Below, piece by piece: positions 17,069 through 25,004 of a stretch of DNA of 25,247 nt (positions within the stretch are counted from its first letter, which is position 1; every line of letters begins with the position of its first letter). Source of the DNA: a virus (taxonomy: Duplodnaviria; Caudoviricetes); IMG/VR virus record IMGVR_UViG_3300044267_000176, positions 1-25,247 of that record. One strand, written 5' to 3'. The position numbers and the translations under genes are program-made. Under the pieces are notes generated by a model. It ran no database searches. It saw only the letters and a program-made list of their open reading frames with translations, and was not told the origin of the DNA.

Positions 17069-17609
17069 TTTTGAAAAAGACCAGGAGAACGTGTTAAAGA
17101 AAACTGATAACATACAGTCACTGGCAGACCAAGTTCAAAAGTTAAATGATATATCACTTGATATAGAAAAACTAGAAGAGAGTCTTAAAAAAAGAAAAAA
17201 AGAACAAGAACATTTATCTGGAGAAGTTATTCCAACAATGATGAGTGAGATGGGTTTATCTCATTTAAAATTAATGGATGGCTCATCAGTAGATGTTAAA
17301 CCGAATTATAGCGCCAACATCACTATAGCAAATAGAGAAGCGGCGTTTAACTGGCTTCGAAACAACGGCCTAGGAGATATCATTAAAAACGAAATCTCCG
17401 TTTCATTTGGTCGTAACGAAGATAACAAGGCGAGCAGCTATGCAGACCTTGCGAGGAGTCAAGGGTTAGAACCACAACAAAAGTTGAAGGTGGAACCCAT
17501 GACTCTGAAAGCGTTAGTCCGTGAACGTATTGAGGCAGGTAAAGACATGCCGACGGAACTTTTCAACATTTATGTTGGAAATAAAACAACAATAAAAAGG
17601 AAACAATAA
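17061..17609 (+). CDS. Phage replication-region protein with N-terminal coiled coil (possibly Gp157-like)
   Basis: AAAGGAG RBS just before the ATG at 17061. Contains IP.MM.EMG...KL.DG, AFNWLR.NG.GDIIK and VEPMTLKALVRE motifs. Confidence 0.65.
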   Translation: MIDFEKDQENVLKKTDNIQSLADQVQKLNDISLDIEKLEESLKKRKKEQEHLSGEVIPTMMSEMGLSHLKLMDGSSVDVKPNYSANITIANREAAFNWLRNNGLGDIIKNEISVSFGRNEDNKASSYADLARSQGLEPQQKLKVEPMTLKALVRERIEAGKDMPTELFNIYVGNKTTIKRKQ

Positions 17610-17611
17610 TA

Positions 17612-18373
17612 ATGAACCAAGAAATAGCAAAAAAAGAAAATGCAGGTGCATTAGCTACGAACTTATTCGAAGCTGACGCAAATGCTGGCTCTCAGAATAT
17701 GACGCAGGAAGATCTTGCGTTACCATTTCTGAAAGTCTTAGGCCAACTATCGCCTGAAGTTAATGAGAGGGATGGGAAATACGTTCAAGGTGCTAAACCT
17801 GGAATGATTCTCAACAGTGTCACAAACGAAGTGTTTGATGGTGCAAAGGGGATAGATGTTTTACCAGTCTACTATGAAAGAAAATATGTAGAATGGAAAG
17901 ACAGAGGTGAGGGTAAAGGCGCTCCCGTAGCAATTCATGATGCCGAAAGTGGTATTATCGAAACAACTACTAGGGATAAATCATACAAAGATCGTCTACC
18001 TAATGGAAACTATCTAGAGAATACAGCAAATCATTTTGTAATTCTTTTAGGTAAGAGTCCACAGACAGCTTTAATTTCTATGAAAGCGACTCAATTAAAA
18101 ATTAGTCGTAAATGGAATTCCATTATGATGGGAATTAAGTTGCAAGGTAAGAACGGTTTATTTACGCCGCCAACATATAGCCACATTTATAATCTAAAGA
18201 CTGTTCAGATGTCTAATGACAAAGGAACATGGTTTGGATGGGAAGTGTCTAAAGTTGGTCCAGTTCAAGATAAAGGTGTTTACGAAATAGCCAAAAACTT
18301 TGCTGAGAGAGTCGGTAAAGGTGAGGTTGAAGTTAAACACGGATCTGAAAACAAAGAAGCAACACCGTATTAA
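17612..18373 (+). CDS. Probable single-stranded DNA-binding protein
   Basis: DL.LP.LK.L..LSPE N-terminal motif, aromatic-rich beta strands (N.KGTWFGW), a short C-terminal tail ending in an aromatic residue (EATPY), and a position upstream of the primase. Confidence 0.5.
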   Translation: MNQEIAKKENAGALATNLFEADANAGSQNMTQEDLALPFLKVLGQLSPEVNERDGKYVQGAKPGMILNSVTNEVFDGAKGIDVLPVYYERKYVEWKDRGEGKGAPVAIHDAESGIIETTTRDKSYKDRLPNGNYLENTANHFVILLGKSPQTALISMKATQLKISRKWNSIMMGIKLQGKNGLFTPPTYSHIYNLKTVQMSNDKGTWFGWEVSKVGPVQDKGVYEIAKNFAERVGKGEVEVKHGSENKEATPY

Positions 18374-18386
18374 ACTAATCCTAGGT

Positions 18387-18420
18387 AGTGGGCGGCGAAG
18401 CGAGAGTGGATCCGCCCATT
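18387..18420 (+). other. Intergenic structured hairpin with a GNRA (GAGA) tetraloop and a purine-rich internal loop
   Basis: AGTGGGCGG pairs with CCGCCCATT. Internal loop is CGAA/GGAT and the apex is GC-GAGA-GT. No U-tract follows. Confidence 0.6.
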
Positions 18421-18434
18421 AATAAAAGAATTGT

Positions 18435-19949
18435 ATGATTATATTAGAAGATAAAATTAGAGATTTTAAAAATATATTTAAAGGCTTACAAAGAGCCCAT
18501 GGATGTACTAAAGTTGGTCCGAGTAATAACAACGGAGAAAAAGTTAAAGGAAAATCTTTTGTAGTACGGGAACATGTAACCGATCACTTGTGGTTAAAGC
18601 ATTTAAATGGTGAACAAAGTTTAGGAATTATTCCAATCAACGAAGAGAATCAATGTATATGGGGATGTGTAGATATAGATTCATATGCAGGATTTGATCA
18701 TAAAAAATTAATAGATAAAATAAAAAGTTTTAAACTACCGCTGGTAGTATGTAGGTCAAAGAGTGGGGGTGCTCATGTGTTTCTCTTCTCTGAGACTCCC
18801 GTTGACGCAGAAAGAATGAGAGACAAACTTACAGAAATAAAGACACTACTAGGATACGGCGGATCAGAAGTCTTTCCAAAACAAATTAAATTACAATCAG
18901 CAGATGACACAGGAAATTTTTTAAACTTACCATACTTTAATGGTGATGAAACTTTAAGATATGCATTTAAAGAAGATGGTACAGCAGCAACTTTACAAGA
19001 ATTTTATGAGATCTATAAAAATGTAAAACAACTAGATGTTGGTCTCGTAAAAGTGCAGAGGCCCCAATCAGAATTTTCTGATGGGCCTCCGTGCATAGAA
19101 CTTATGGCAGCCAATACTGTAGGTGAAGGTGGTAGAGACAACGCATTATTTCATTATACGGTTTATGCTAAAAAGAAATGGCCATCAGGTTGGCAAGGGA
19201 AAGTTTCTTTATTTAATGAGAAACATGTCAAACCAATCTATGATGATGCTGGATTAAATAGAATTATAAAACAACATGAGAAAAAAGATTGGGGATATAA
19301 ATGTAATGATACTCCAATGTGTAATTTGTGTGATAAAAAATTATGTAAGAGTCGTAAGTATGGAATAGGAGATGAGATAGTATTTCCTGCATTAACAGAT
19401 TTACAAAAAATTAAATTAGAAAAACCATACTATTATCTGAATGTAGATGGAGAAAGATTATACTTAGAGAATGTAAAATATTTAAAACAACAAAATTTAT
19501 TCCAAGAAGCCTGTATGGAACAATTAGATTTTAAGCCACCAACAGTTAAACCAAAAGATTGGGACATGATTATAAACCCACTAATGAAGAATCACGAACC
19601 TGTTGAACCACCAGAAGGAGTTACAACTAATGATCAATTACAGAATCATTTAGAAGAGTTTTGTTTAAACCGGCATATAGGAACTGAAATGAGTGATCTT
19701 AAACGTGGTGGTGTGTGGACTAGTGAGGGATATCATCACTTTATATTTAGTAAGTTTTATAATCAATTCTTAATTAGACAAAGATGGGATGTAAATTATT
19801 CTAGAACGGCGCAGATGTTAAAAGAAGTTTGTAATTGTGAAGATAAGAGAATTGGGAAAGATAAAATATCAGTATTTAGAGTAAAACAATTTGATCTAAA
19901 AGAGGAAGAGTATACGCAAAAAGAACTTAAACCGAAGGATGTATTTTAA
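18435..19949 (+). CDS. Archaeo-eukaryotic primase (AEP/Prim-Pol) family DNA primase
   Basis: Motif I WGCVDID, motif II RSKSGGAHVF and downstream GNFLNLPY. Then PPC...EGGRDNALF (PriCT-like) and a Cys cluster. No Walker A in the C-terminal part. Confidence 0.8.
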   Translation: MIILEDKIRDFKNIFKGLQRAHGCTKVGPSNNNGEKVKGKSFVVREHVTDHLWLKHLNGEQSLGIIPINEENQCIWGCVDIDSYAGFDHKKLIDKIKSFKLPLVVCRSKSGGAHVFLFSETPVDAERMRDKLTEIKTLLGYGGSEVFPKQIKLQSADDTGNFLNLPYFNGDETLRYAFKEDGTAATLQEFYEIYKNVKQLDVGLVKVQRPQSEFSDGPPCIELMAANTVGEGGRDNALFHYTVYAKKKWPSGWQGKVSLFNEKHVKPIYDDAGLNRIIKQHEKKDWGYKCNDTPMCNLCDKKLCKSRKYGIGDEIVFPALTDLQKIKLEKPYYYLNVDGERLYLENVKYLKQQNLFQEACMEQLDFKPPTVKPKDWDMIINPLMKNHEPVEPPEGVTTNDQLQNHLEEFCLNRHIGTEMSDLKRGGVWTSEGYHHFIFSKFYNQFLIRQRWDVNYSRTAQMLKEVCNCEDKRIGKDKISVFRVKQFDLKEEEYTQKELKPKDVF

Positions 19950-20149
19950 TGAAAATAAGGTGTTTTATAGAAAGCTTTATTGATGTAGGCAGTGGATTAA
20001 TTTTAGCAATTTTAATTCAATTATATATCTTTCCTTTCTTTGGATTATATCCAACGATTTGGGACAGCTTACATATAGCATTAATATTTACAGCAGTTTC
20101 AATTATTAGATCATCGATATGGAGACATTTTTTTAGGAGGATTAAATGA
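19949..20149 (+). CDS. Small two-TM membrane protein of unknown function
   Basis: ES..DVGSG plus two hydrophobic helices and a basic C-terminus (RS..WRHFF). Coupled on both sides (TAATG and ATGA). Confidence 0.7.
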   Translation: MKIRCFIESFIDVGSGLILAILIQLYIFPFFGLYPTIWDSLHIALIFTAVSIIRSSIWRHFFRRIK

Positions 20150-21639
20150 AAACAATAGTATTGGGACCACCAGGAACTGGAAAGACTACAACTTTATTAA
20201 ATAAAGTAGATAATTATTTAAAAGAAACTGATCCAGATAAGATAGGCTATTTTGCTTTTACTCAAAAAGCTGCGTACGAGGCAAGAGATAGAGCAATGAA
20301 ACAATTTAATTACACAGAAGATGATCTTCCATACTTTAGAACTTTACACTCACTAGCATTTAAAAAACTTGGACTTAAAAAAGATCAAGTAATGCAACCA
20401 AGACACTATAAAGACTTGGGAAAAAAATTAGGCTTTCCAGTGGCTTACGCAGAACACCAGGAAGATCACGGATTCTTTACATCTGACAGTGAGTATTTAC
20501 AGATAATTAATTTAGCAAAACTTAGAAATATAACTCCAGACCAACAGTATGAACTTCAAGAACATACTCAAGATTTAGAGAGAGATAAGTTAAGAATTAT
20601 AGCTAATGAGTTGGAGAGATATAAAAAAGAATATGGTTTGATAGACTTTAATGACATGATTTTAAATTTTATAAAATCAGATAAGTCCCCTAACTTCGAT
20701 GTAGTCTTTATTGATGAAGCTCAAGATTTATCTCGAATGCAATGGGATATGACTAAAACTATTTGGGATAAAACAGAGGATACGTTTATTGCTGGAGATG
20801 ACGACCAGGCTATCTTTAAATGGGCTGGTGCTGATGTAGATTCTTTTATAGCTTTACAAGATCAAATGATTAACCTTCCACTTATTCAATCACATAGAAT
20901 TCCGATGAAAGTTCATAGACTTGCTATGGGTATTATAAATAGAATTAGAAATAGAATAGATAAGAATTGGAAACCTAAAACTAATGAGGGAAGTTTACAT
21001 AGACACTTTGATGTTGAATCAATTGATATGTCATCTGGTGAATGGTTAATACTATCTAGAACTAAATACATGCTTAAAGAAATAGAAGATACTTTGTATC
21101 GTAAGGGTTTGTATTATGAGAATAAATATAAAAGAAGTTATGAAAAAGATATGCAAGAAGCAGTTACAGACTGGGAGCATTTAAGACAGGGACAATTAAT
21201 GTCTTATAAACAAATTGAAAAGATTTATAGTTACATGAGTCCTGAACATGCAGACAAGAATAAATTAAAAGGAATGGTGAAAGAATCCTTCTATGGTATT
21301 GATGCATTGACCAAGGACCACGGATTAAAAACTAAAAAAGTTTGGTTTGAAGCTTTTAATGAAGCAGGGCAACAGCGAGTAAATTATCTAAGAAAAATGA
21401 GAGCTAATGGTGAGAAATTAAATAAACCACCAAGAATAAAATTGTCTACGATTCACGCCGCTAAAGGTGGTGAATGTCAAAACGTTGTATTGTTAACTGA
21501 TCAAACAAGAACAACAATGAATACATACGAAAAGAATCCTGATGATGAAAACAGACTGTATTATGTAGGTGCAACACGAACAAAAGAAAACTTACATATA
21601 ATAGAACCCAAACAACCTAGTAAAGGATTTATAATATGA
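20146..21639 (+). CDS. UvrD/Rep-like SF1 DNA helicase
   Basis: Walker A GPPGTGKTT, FRTLHS, Walker B IDEAQD, AGDDDQAIF, STIHAAKGGE and YVGATR. AGGAGG RBS. Confidence 0.92.
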   Translation: MKTIVLGPPGTGKTTTLLNKVDNYLKETDPDKIGYFAFTQKAAYEARDRAMKQFNYTEDDLPYFRTLHSLAFKKLGLKKDQVMQPRHYKDLGKKLGFPVAYAEHQEDHGFFTSDSEYLQIINLAKLRNITPDQQYELQEHTQDLERDKLRIIANELERYKKEYGLIDFNDMILNFIKSDKSPNFDVVFIDEAQDLSRMQWDMTKTIWDKTEDTFIAGDDDQAIFKWAGADVDSFIALQDQMINLPLIQSHRIPMKVHRLAMGIINRIRNRIDKNWKPKTNEGSLHRHFDVESIDMSSGEWLILSRTKYMLKEIEDTLYRKGLYYENKYKRSYEKDMQEAVTDWEHLRQGQLMSYKQIEKIYSYMSPEHADKNKLKGMVKESFYGIDALTKDHGLKTKKVWFEAFNEAGQQRVNYLRKMRANGEKLNKPPRIKLSTIHAAKGGECQNVVLLTDQTRTTMNTYEKNPDDENRLYYVGATRTKENLHIIEPKQPSKGFII

Positions 21640-21905
21640 GCGAAGAAATATATAAAAAGCAGGTAGGTGGGACTCATTATAAATCTATGGCGATTCAACC
21701 TTCAGAATTTATTAATAGAAATAATATTCCATTTGCGGAAGGCAACGCAATTAAATATTTATGTAGACATAAACAAAAAAATCAAAAAGAAGATTTGTTA
21801 AAAGCAAAACATTATATTGACATGGCGATCGATAGAGACTATCCTGAACCTGTGAAAGAAGAAATAAAAGAATCAAAAAATTCATGGGGGATAGTTGAGA
21901 AATAA
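21636..21905 (+). CDS. DUF3310 / T7 gp1.7-like protein (possible nucleotide kinase)
   Basis: QVGGTHY...IQP.EFI......F.EGNAIKYLCR...KN..EDL.KA.HYI signature. Confidence 0.85.
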   Translation: MSEEIYKKQVGGTHYKSMAIQPSEFINRNNIPFAEGNAIKYLCRHKQKNQKEDLLKAKHYIDMAIDRDYPEPVKEEIKESKNSWGIVEK

Positions 21906-22056
21906 AATTTTAATTATTCATGCTGAATGGCTAAAAGATAATGGTTATCCATATGAGGATTGTGTTGAACAATCTTATCCTGAAAATGATTTTAGAGATA
22001 AAAAAGGTAAAACAAACTTAATCAGAGACAAACAAGGGAGATTTATAAAACTATGA
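21895..22056 (+). CDS. Small hypothetical protein (53 aa, TTG start), not in the ORF track
   Basis: MRNKILIIHAEWLKDNGYPYEDCVEQSYPENDFRDKKGKTNLIRDKQGRFIKL. A GGGGG lies upstream of the TTG, and its stop overlaps the polymerase start (ATGA). Confidence 0.55.
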   Translation: MRNKILIIHAEWLKDNGYPYEDCVEQSYPENDFRDKKGKTNLIRDKQGRFIKL

Positions 22057-23900
22057 TACAAGTACCACTATTTAAACCACAGACAGAATGGTTACCGCCA
22101 GAAGAATTTCCAGATCTATCAAAGTATGATGAGATTGCAATTGACTTAGAAACAAAAGACCCGGACCTAATTAAGATGGGATCAGGATCAGTATCTAAAA
22201 ACGGAGACGTTGTGGGTGTAGCTGTCGCTGTTAAGGACTGGTCTGGTTATTATCCAATTGCTCATGAAGGTGGTGGTAATCTAGATAGAAATAAAGTTTT
22301 AAAATGGTTCCAAGGTGTGTTGAGCACTCCAGCTATGAAAATATTTCACAACGCCATGTATGACGTATGTTGGATAAGAGCGCTCGGTTTAAGTATTAAC
22401 GGAAGAATTGTAGACACGATGATTGCATCGGCCCTAGTTGATGAGAATCAAATGCGTTATGACTTAAACAACTGTTCCAAAAGATACACTGGAAAAGGAA
22501 AAAATGAAACAGAATTATATGAAGCTGCAAAGAGTTGGGGGGTTGACGCTAAGGCAGAAATGTATAAACTACCTGCCATTTATGTTGGTGCTTACGCAGA
22601 AAAAGATGCTGAGATAACTTATGAACTTTGGCAAGAGCTAAAGAAAGAAATTATTAATCAAGATTTAAAATCTATTTTCCAATTAGAGACTGACTTATTC
22701 CCTTGCCTCGTAGATATGCGGTTCTTAGGAGTTCGTGTAGATGTTGTAAAAGCTCACCTATTAAAAGAAGAATTAAATAGAGAAGAAAAAGGATTATTAC
22801 AAAAAGTAAAAAAAGAAACTGGAGTAGATACCCAAATATGGGCAGCTCGATCCATTGCCCAAGTTTTTGAAAAACTTCACCTACCATTTGACCGCACCGA
22901 AAAAACAAATTCTCCATCATTTACAAAAAACTTTTTGCAGAATCACCCCCACCCACTAGTGAAACTAATTGCCCGAGCCCGTGAAATAAATAAGGCCCAT
23001 ACCACGTTTATTGATACCATATTAAAACATAATCATAAAGGAAGAATACATGCTGAAATTAACCAATTAAGGTCCGATAATGGTGGAACTGTGACCGGAA
23101 GATTCAGCTATTCTAACCCAAATTTACAGCAAATACCAGCTAGGAACAAGGAACTTGGACCACGGATTAGGTCATTATTTATACCCGAGGAAGGCCATAC
23201 ATGGGGTTGTTTTGACTATTCTCAGCAAGAGCCTAGGTTGGTAGTGCATTATGCCGCTTTACAGAATCTCTATGGAGTGAACGAAGTATTGGACTCGTAT
23301 AATGAGGGCGATGCCGACTTTCATACTATCGTTGCAGACATGGCAGAGATACCTAGAACTCAGGCCAAGACTATAAACCTTGGTCTGTTCTATGGTATGG
23401 GAAAAAATAAATTACAAGCTGAACTTGGAGTCTCTAAAGAAAAAGCTGACGATCTTTTTAAACAATATCATAACAAAGTTCCATTTGTAAAACAGTTGAT
23501 GGACAATGTAATGTATAGAGCCCAGGACTCTGGTAAGATTAGAACTTTGCTAGGTCGTTTGTGTAGGTTCCATCTATGGGAACCAAATCAGTTTGGAATT
23601 CATAAAGCCTTGTCCCACGAAGCAGCGCTCGCGGAACACGGACCAGGGATCAAGCGAGCTTATACTTACAAAGCTTTAAATAAATTGATTCAAGGAAGTG
23701 CGGCGGACATGACAAAGAAAGCAATGTTAGAGCTTTATAAAGAGGGGATTACACCACATATACAAGTACATGATGAACTTGATATATCAGTTGATGGTAA
23801 TGCAGATAAAATAAAAGAGATTATGGAACATGCAGTTTCACTTGAAGTTCCTAATAAAGTAGACTATGAATCTGGACCAAATTGGGGTACAATAGAATAA
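22053..23900 (+). CDS. polA: DNA polymerase family A (3'-5' exonuclease plus polymerase, no 5'-3' exonuclease), Leu762 type
   Basis: ExoI IAIDLET, ExoII FHNAMYD, ExoIII YAEKDA, TVTGRFS..NPNLQQIP, motif A DYSQQEPR, motif B AKTINLGLFYG and motif C QVHDEL. Confidence 0.95.
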   Translation: MIQVPLFKPQTEWLPPEEFPDLSKYDEIAIDLETKDPDLIKMGSGSVSKNGDVVGVAVAVKDWSGYYPIAHEGGGNLDRNKVLKWFQGVLSTPAMKIFHNAMYDVCWIRALGLSINGRIVDTMIASALVDENQMRYDLNNCSKRYTGKGKNETELYEAAKSWGVDAKAEMYKLPAIYVGAYAEKDAEITYELWQELKKEIINQDLKSIFQLETDLFPCLVDMRFLGVRVDVVKAHLLKEELNREEKGLLQKVKKETGVDTQIWAARSIAQVFEKLHLPFDRTEKTNSPSFTKNFLQNHPHPLVKLIARAREINKAHTTFIDTILKHNHKGRIHAEINQLRSDNGGTVTGRFSYSNPNLQQIPARNKELGPRIRSLFIPEEGHTWGCFDYSQQEPRLVVHYAALQNLYGVNEVLDSYNEGDADFHTIVADMAEIPRTQAKTINLGLFYGMGKNKLQAELGVSKEKADDLFKQYHNKVPFVKQLMDNVMYRAQDSGKIRTLLGRLCRFHLWEPNQFGIHKALSHEAALAEHGPGIKRAYTYKALNKLIQGSAADMTKKAMLELYKEGITPHIQVHDELDISVDGNADKIKEIMEHAVSLEVPNKVDYESGPNWGTIE

Positions 23901-23916
23901 ACAAGAGGAGGAAACT

Positions 23917-24021
23917 ATGGTAAAAAAATACCTAGATAAAGTAATGATATGGCAATTACATAACAGAAGAGAAATCATTTGTTTTGTAGCTGGTTTAATC
24001 ATTGGCTCTATAATTTTGTAA
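23917..24021 (+). CDS. Small membrane peptide (34 aa), not in the ORF track
   Basis: Strong GAGGAGG RBS. Sequence MVKKYLDKVMIWQLHNRREIICFVAGLIIGSIIL has a C-terminal hydrophobic helix. Confidence 0.7.
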   Translation: MVKKYLDKVMIWQLHNRREIICFVAGLIIGSIIL

Positions 24022-24027
24022 TGTCTC

Positions 24028-24678
24028 ATGTCATATCTGAATGCAAACATTCCTGTGACGTATGCACAGATCAGGAGAGAATATCTCTATGACCTTACCG
24101 GACATTTTGGAGAAGTTGAAGATTGTATTATCTTTGGTCTGGCGTCTATTACAGGACGTCCGATCCTCTTCCATGCTATTATGGAAAATGGTGCTGTCTT
24201 TTATCGTCTCCCCATTTCAGCCTTTATTCAACGAGGTTACGACCCCAAGGAAGTCCCGAAAATGCGATTGGATGAGTTGGAGTTATGGAATTGTTTTAGT
24301 TATTATCCTGCTGTCACTTCTTTTGATATTCTAGATGGACAATCTGGAAAGTTTTTTGGAAAAGATAAGAAATTACATCCAGGAAAATATTTATTTACTG
24401 TTGACTGGGGACACCCAGAGAGTAATATAGTAGACACTGATCATTCAGAGATTCCGCACGAACATAAGTGCGCACACATACTTGCGTTAGATGACGGCAA
24501 CTATGCGGCACAGCCAAACAATCGTATACTTTGGGATATCCCATCATTTACAGTTAAGAACAATGTTCCTGACTGGAAAGTACAAACAAGTGATTGGAAT
24601 GTTGAAGATACCGGTAAATGGAAAACAGAAGATACCGATAAATTCTTTTATAATATTGAGGAAAAAAATGATGACTGA
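24028..24678 (+). CDS. Phage protein of unknown function (MSYLNANIP-type)
   Basis: 216 aa, globular, with GAVFYRLPISAF, LWNCFS, YLFTVDW, EHKCAH and AAQPNNRILW motifs. Confidence 0.75.
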   Translation: MSYLNANIPVTYAQIRREYLYDLTGHFGEVEDCIIFGLASITGRPILFHAIMENGAVFYRLPISAFIQRGYDPKEVPKMRLDELELWNCFSYYPAVTSFDILDGQSGKFFGKDKKLHPGKYLFTVDWGHPESNIVDTDHSEIPHEHKCAHILALDDGNYAAQPNNRILWDIPSFTVKNNVPDWKVQTSDWNVEDTGKWKTEDTDKFFYNIEEKNDD

Positions 24679-24835
24679 ACGTTGGTGTAAAAAATGTAAT
24701 AAAATGTGTCACTGCCCTAATGCAGAAGGTGAATGTACTAACTGTGATTGTAATAGTAGAGCAGAAGATAAAAGTTTTGAAAATGAAGGTGGTTTAGTAA
24801 TTGATGACACTGGAGAATGTGAAAGTTGTCAATAA
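24668..24835 (+). CDS. Small Cys-rich protein (55 aa, 9 Cys), metallothionein-like with a C-terminal CxxC
   Basis: GAGG RBS at 24658-24661 precedes the ATG at 24668. Sequence MMTERWCKKCNKMCHCPNAEGECTNCDC...DDTGECESCQ. The 24491 start given in the track is unlikely. Confidence 0.7.
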   Translation: MMTERWCKKCNKMCHCPNAEGECTNCDCNSRAEDKSFENEGGLVIDDTGECESCQ

Positions 24836-24860
24836 GTAAAACATAGTATGAGGCATAATT

Positions 24861-25004
24861 ATGAACTACCAATTTACTGCAATAGTAATAATTTTGTTGT
24901 GTTTACTAACTCTTTGTGTAGCTCCCATTCAAAAACCATCATTGAAAAATGAGTCAAAAGACTATATACTTCCTAAGCCAAAACCAAAGGTAAGTAATGA
25001 TTGA
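24861..25004 (+). CDS. Small signal-anchor/membrane protein (47 aa), not in the ORF track
   Basis: GAGG upstream. Sequence MNYQFTAIVIILLCLLTLCVAPIQKPSLKNESKDYILPKPKPKVSND. Overlaps the next start. Confidence 0.55.
   Translation: MNYQFTAIVIILLCLLTLCVAPIQKPSLKNESKDYILPKPKPKVSND
24942..24970 (+). promoter_or_regulatory. Putative sigma70 promoter
   Basis: TTGAAA (24942-24947), 17 nt, TATACT (24965-24970), upstream of the ATG at 24997. Confidence 0.5.

Noticed and set aside
22053-23900. Intein, intron or DnaJ-like (CxxCxGxG) insertion in PolA
   Set aside because: The ORF is compact and continuous (615 aa) with none of these signatures.
22672-24334. ORFs 22672-22920 (-), 23838-24050 (-) and 24062-24334 (+)
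   Set aside because: They overlap polA, the RBS-supported 34-aa gene or the 216-aa gene, and have no independent support.
4975-24667. Longest-ORF starts at 4975, 16613, 17028 and 24491
   Set aside because: Downstream ATGs (5026, 16709, 17061, 24668) have RBS, coupling or promoter support and avoid long overlaps.
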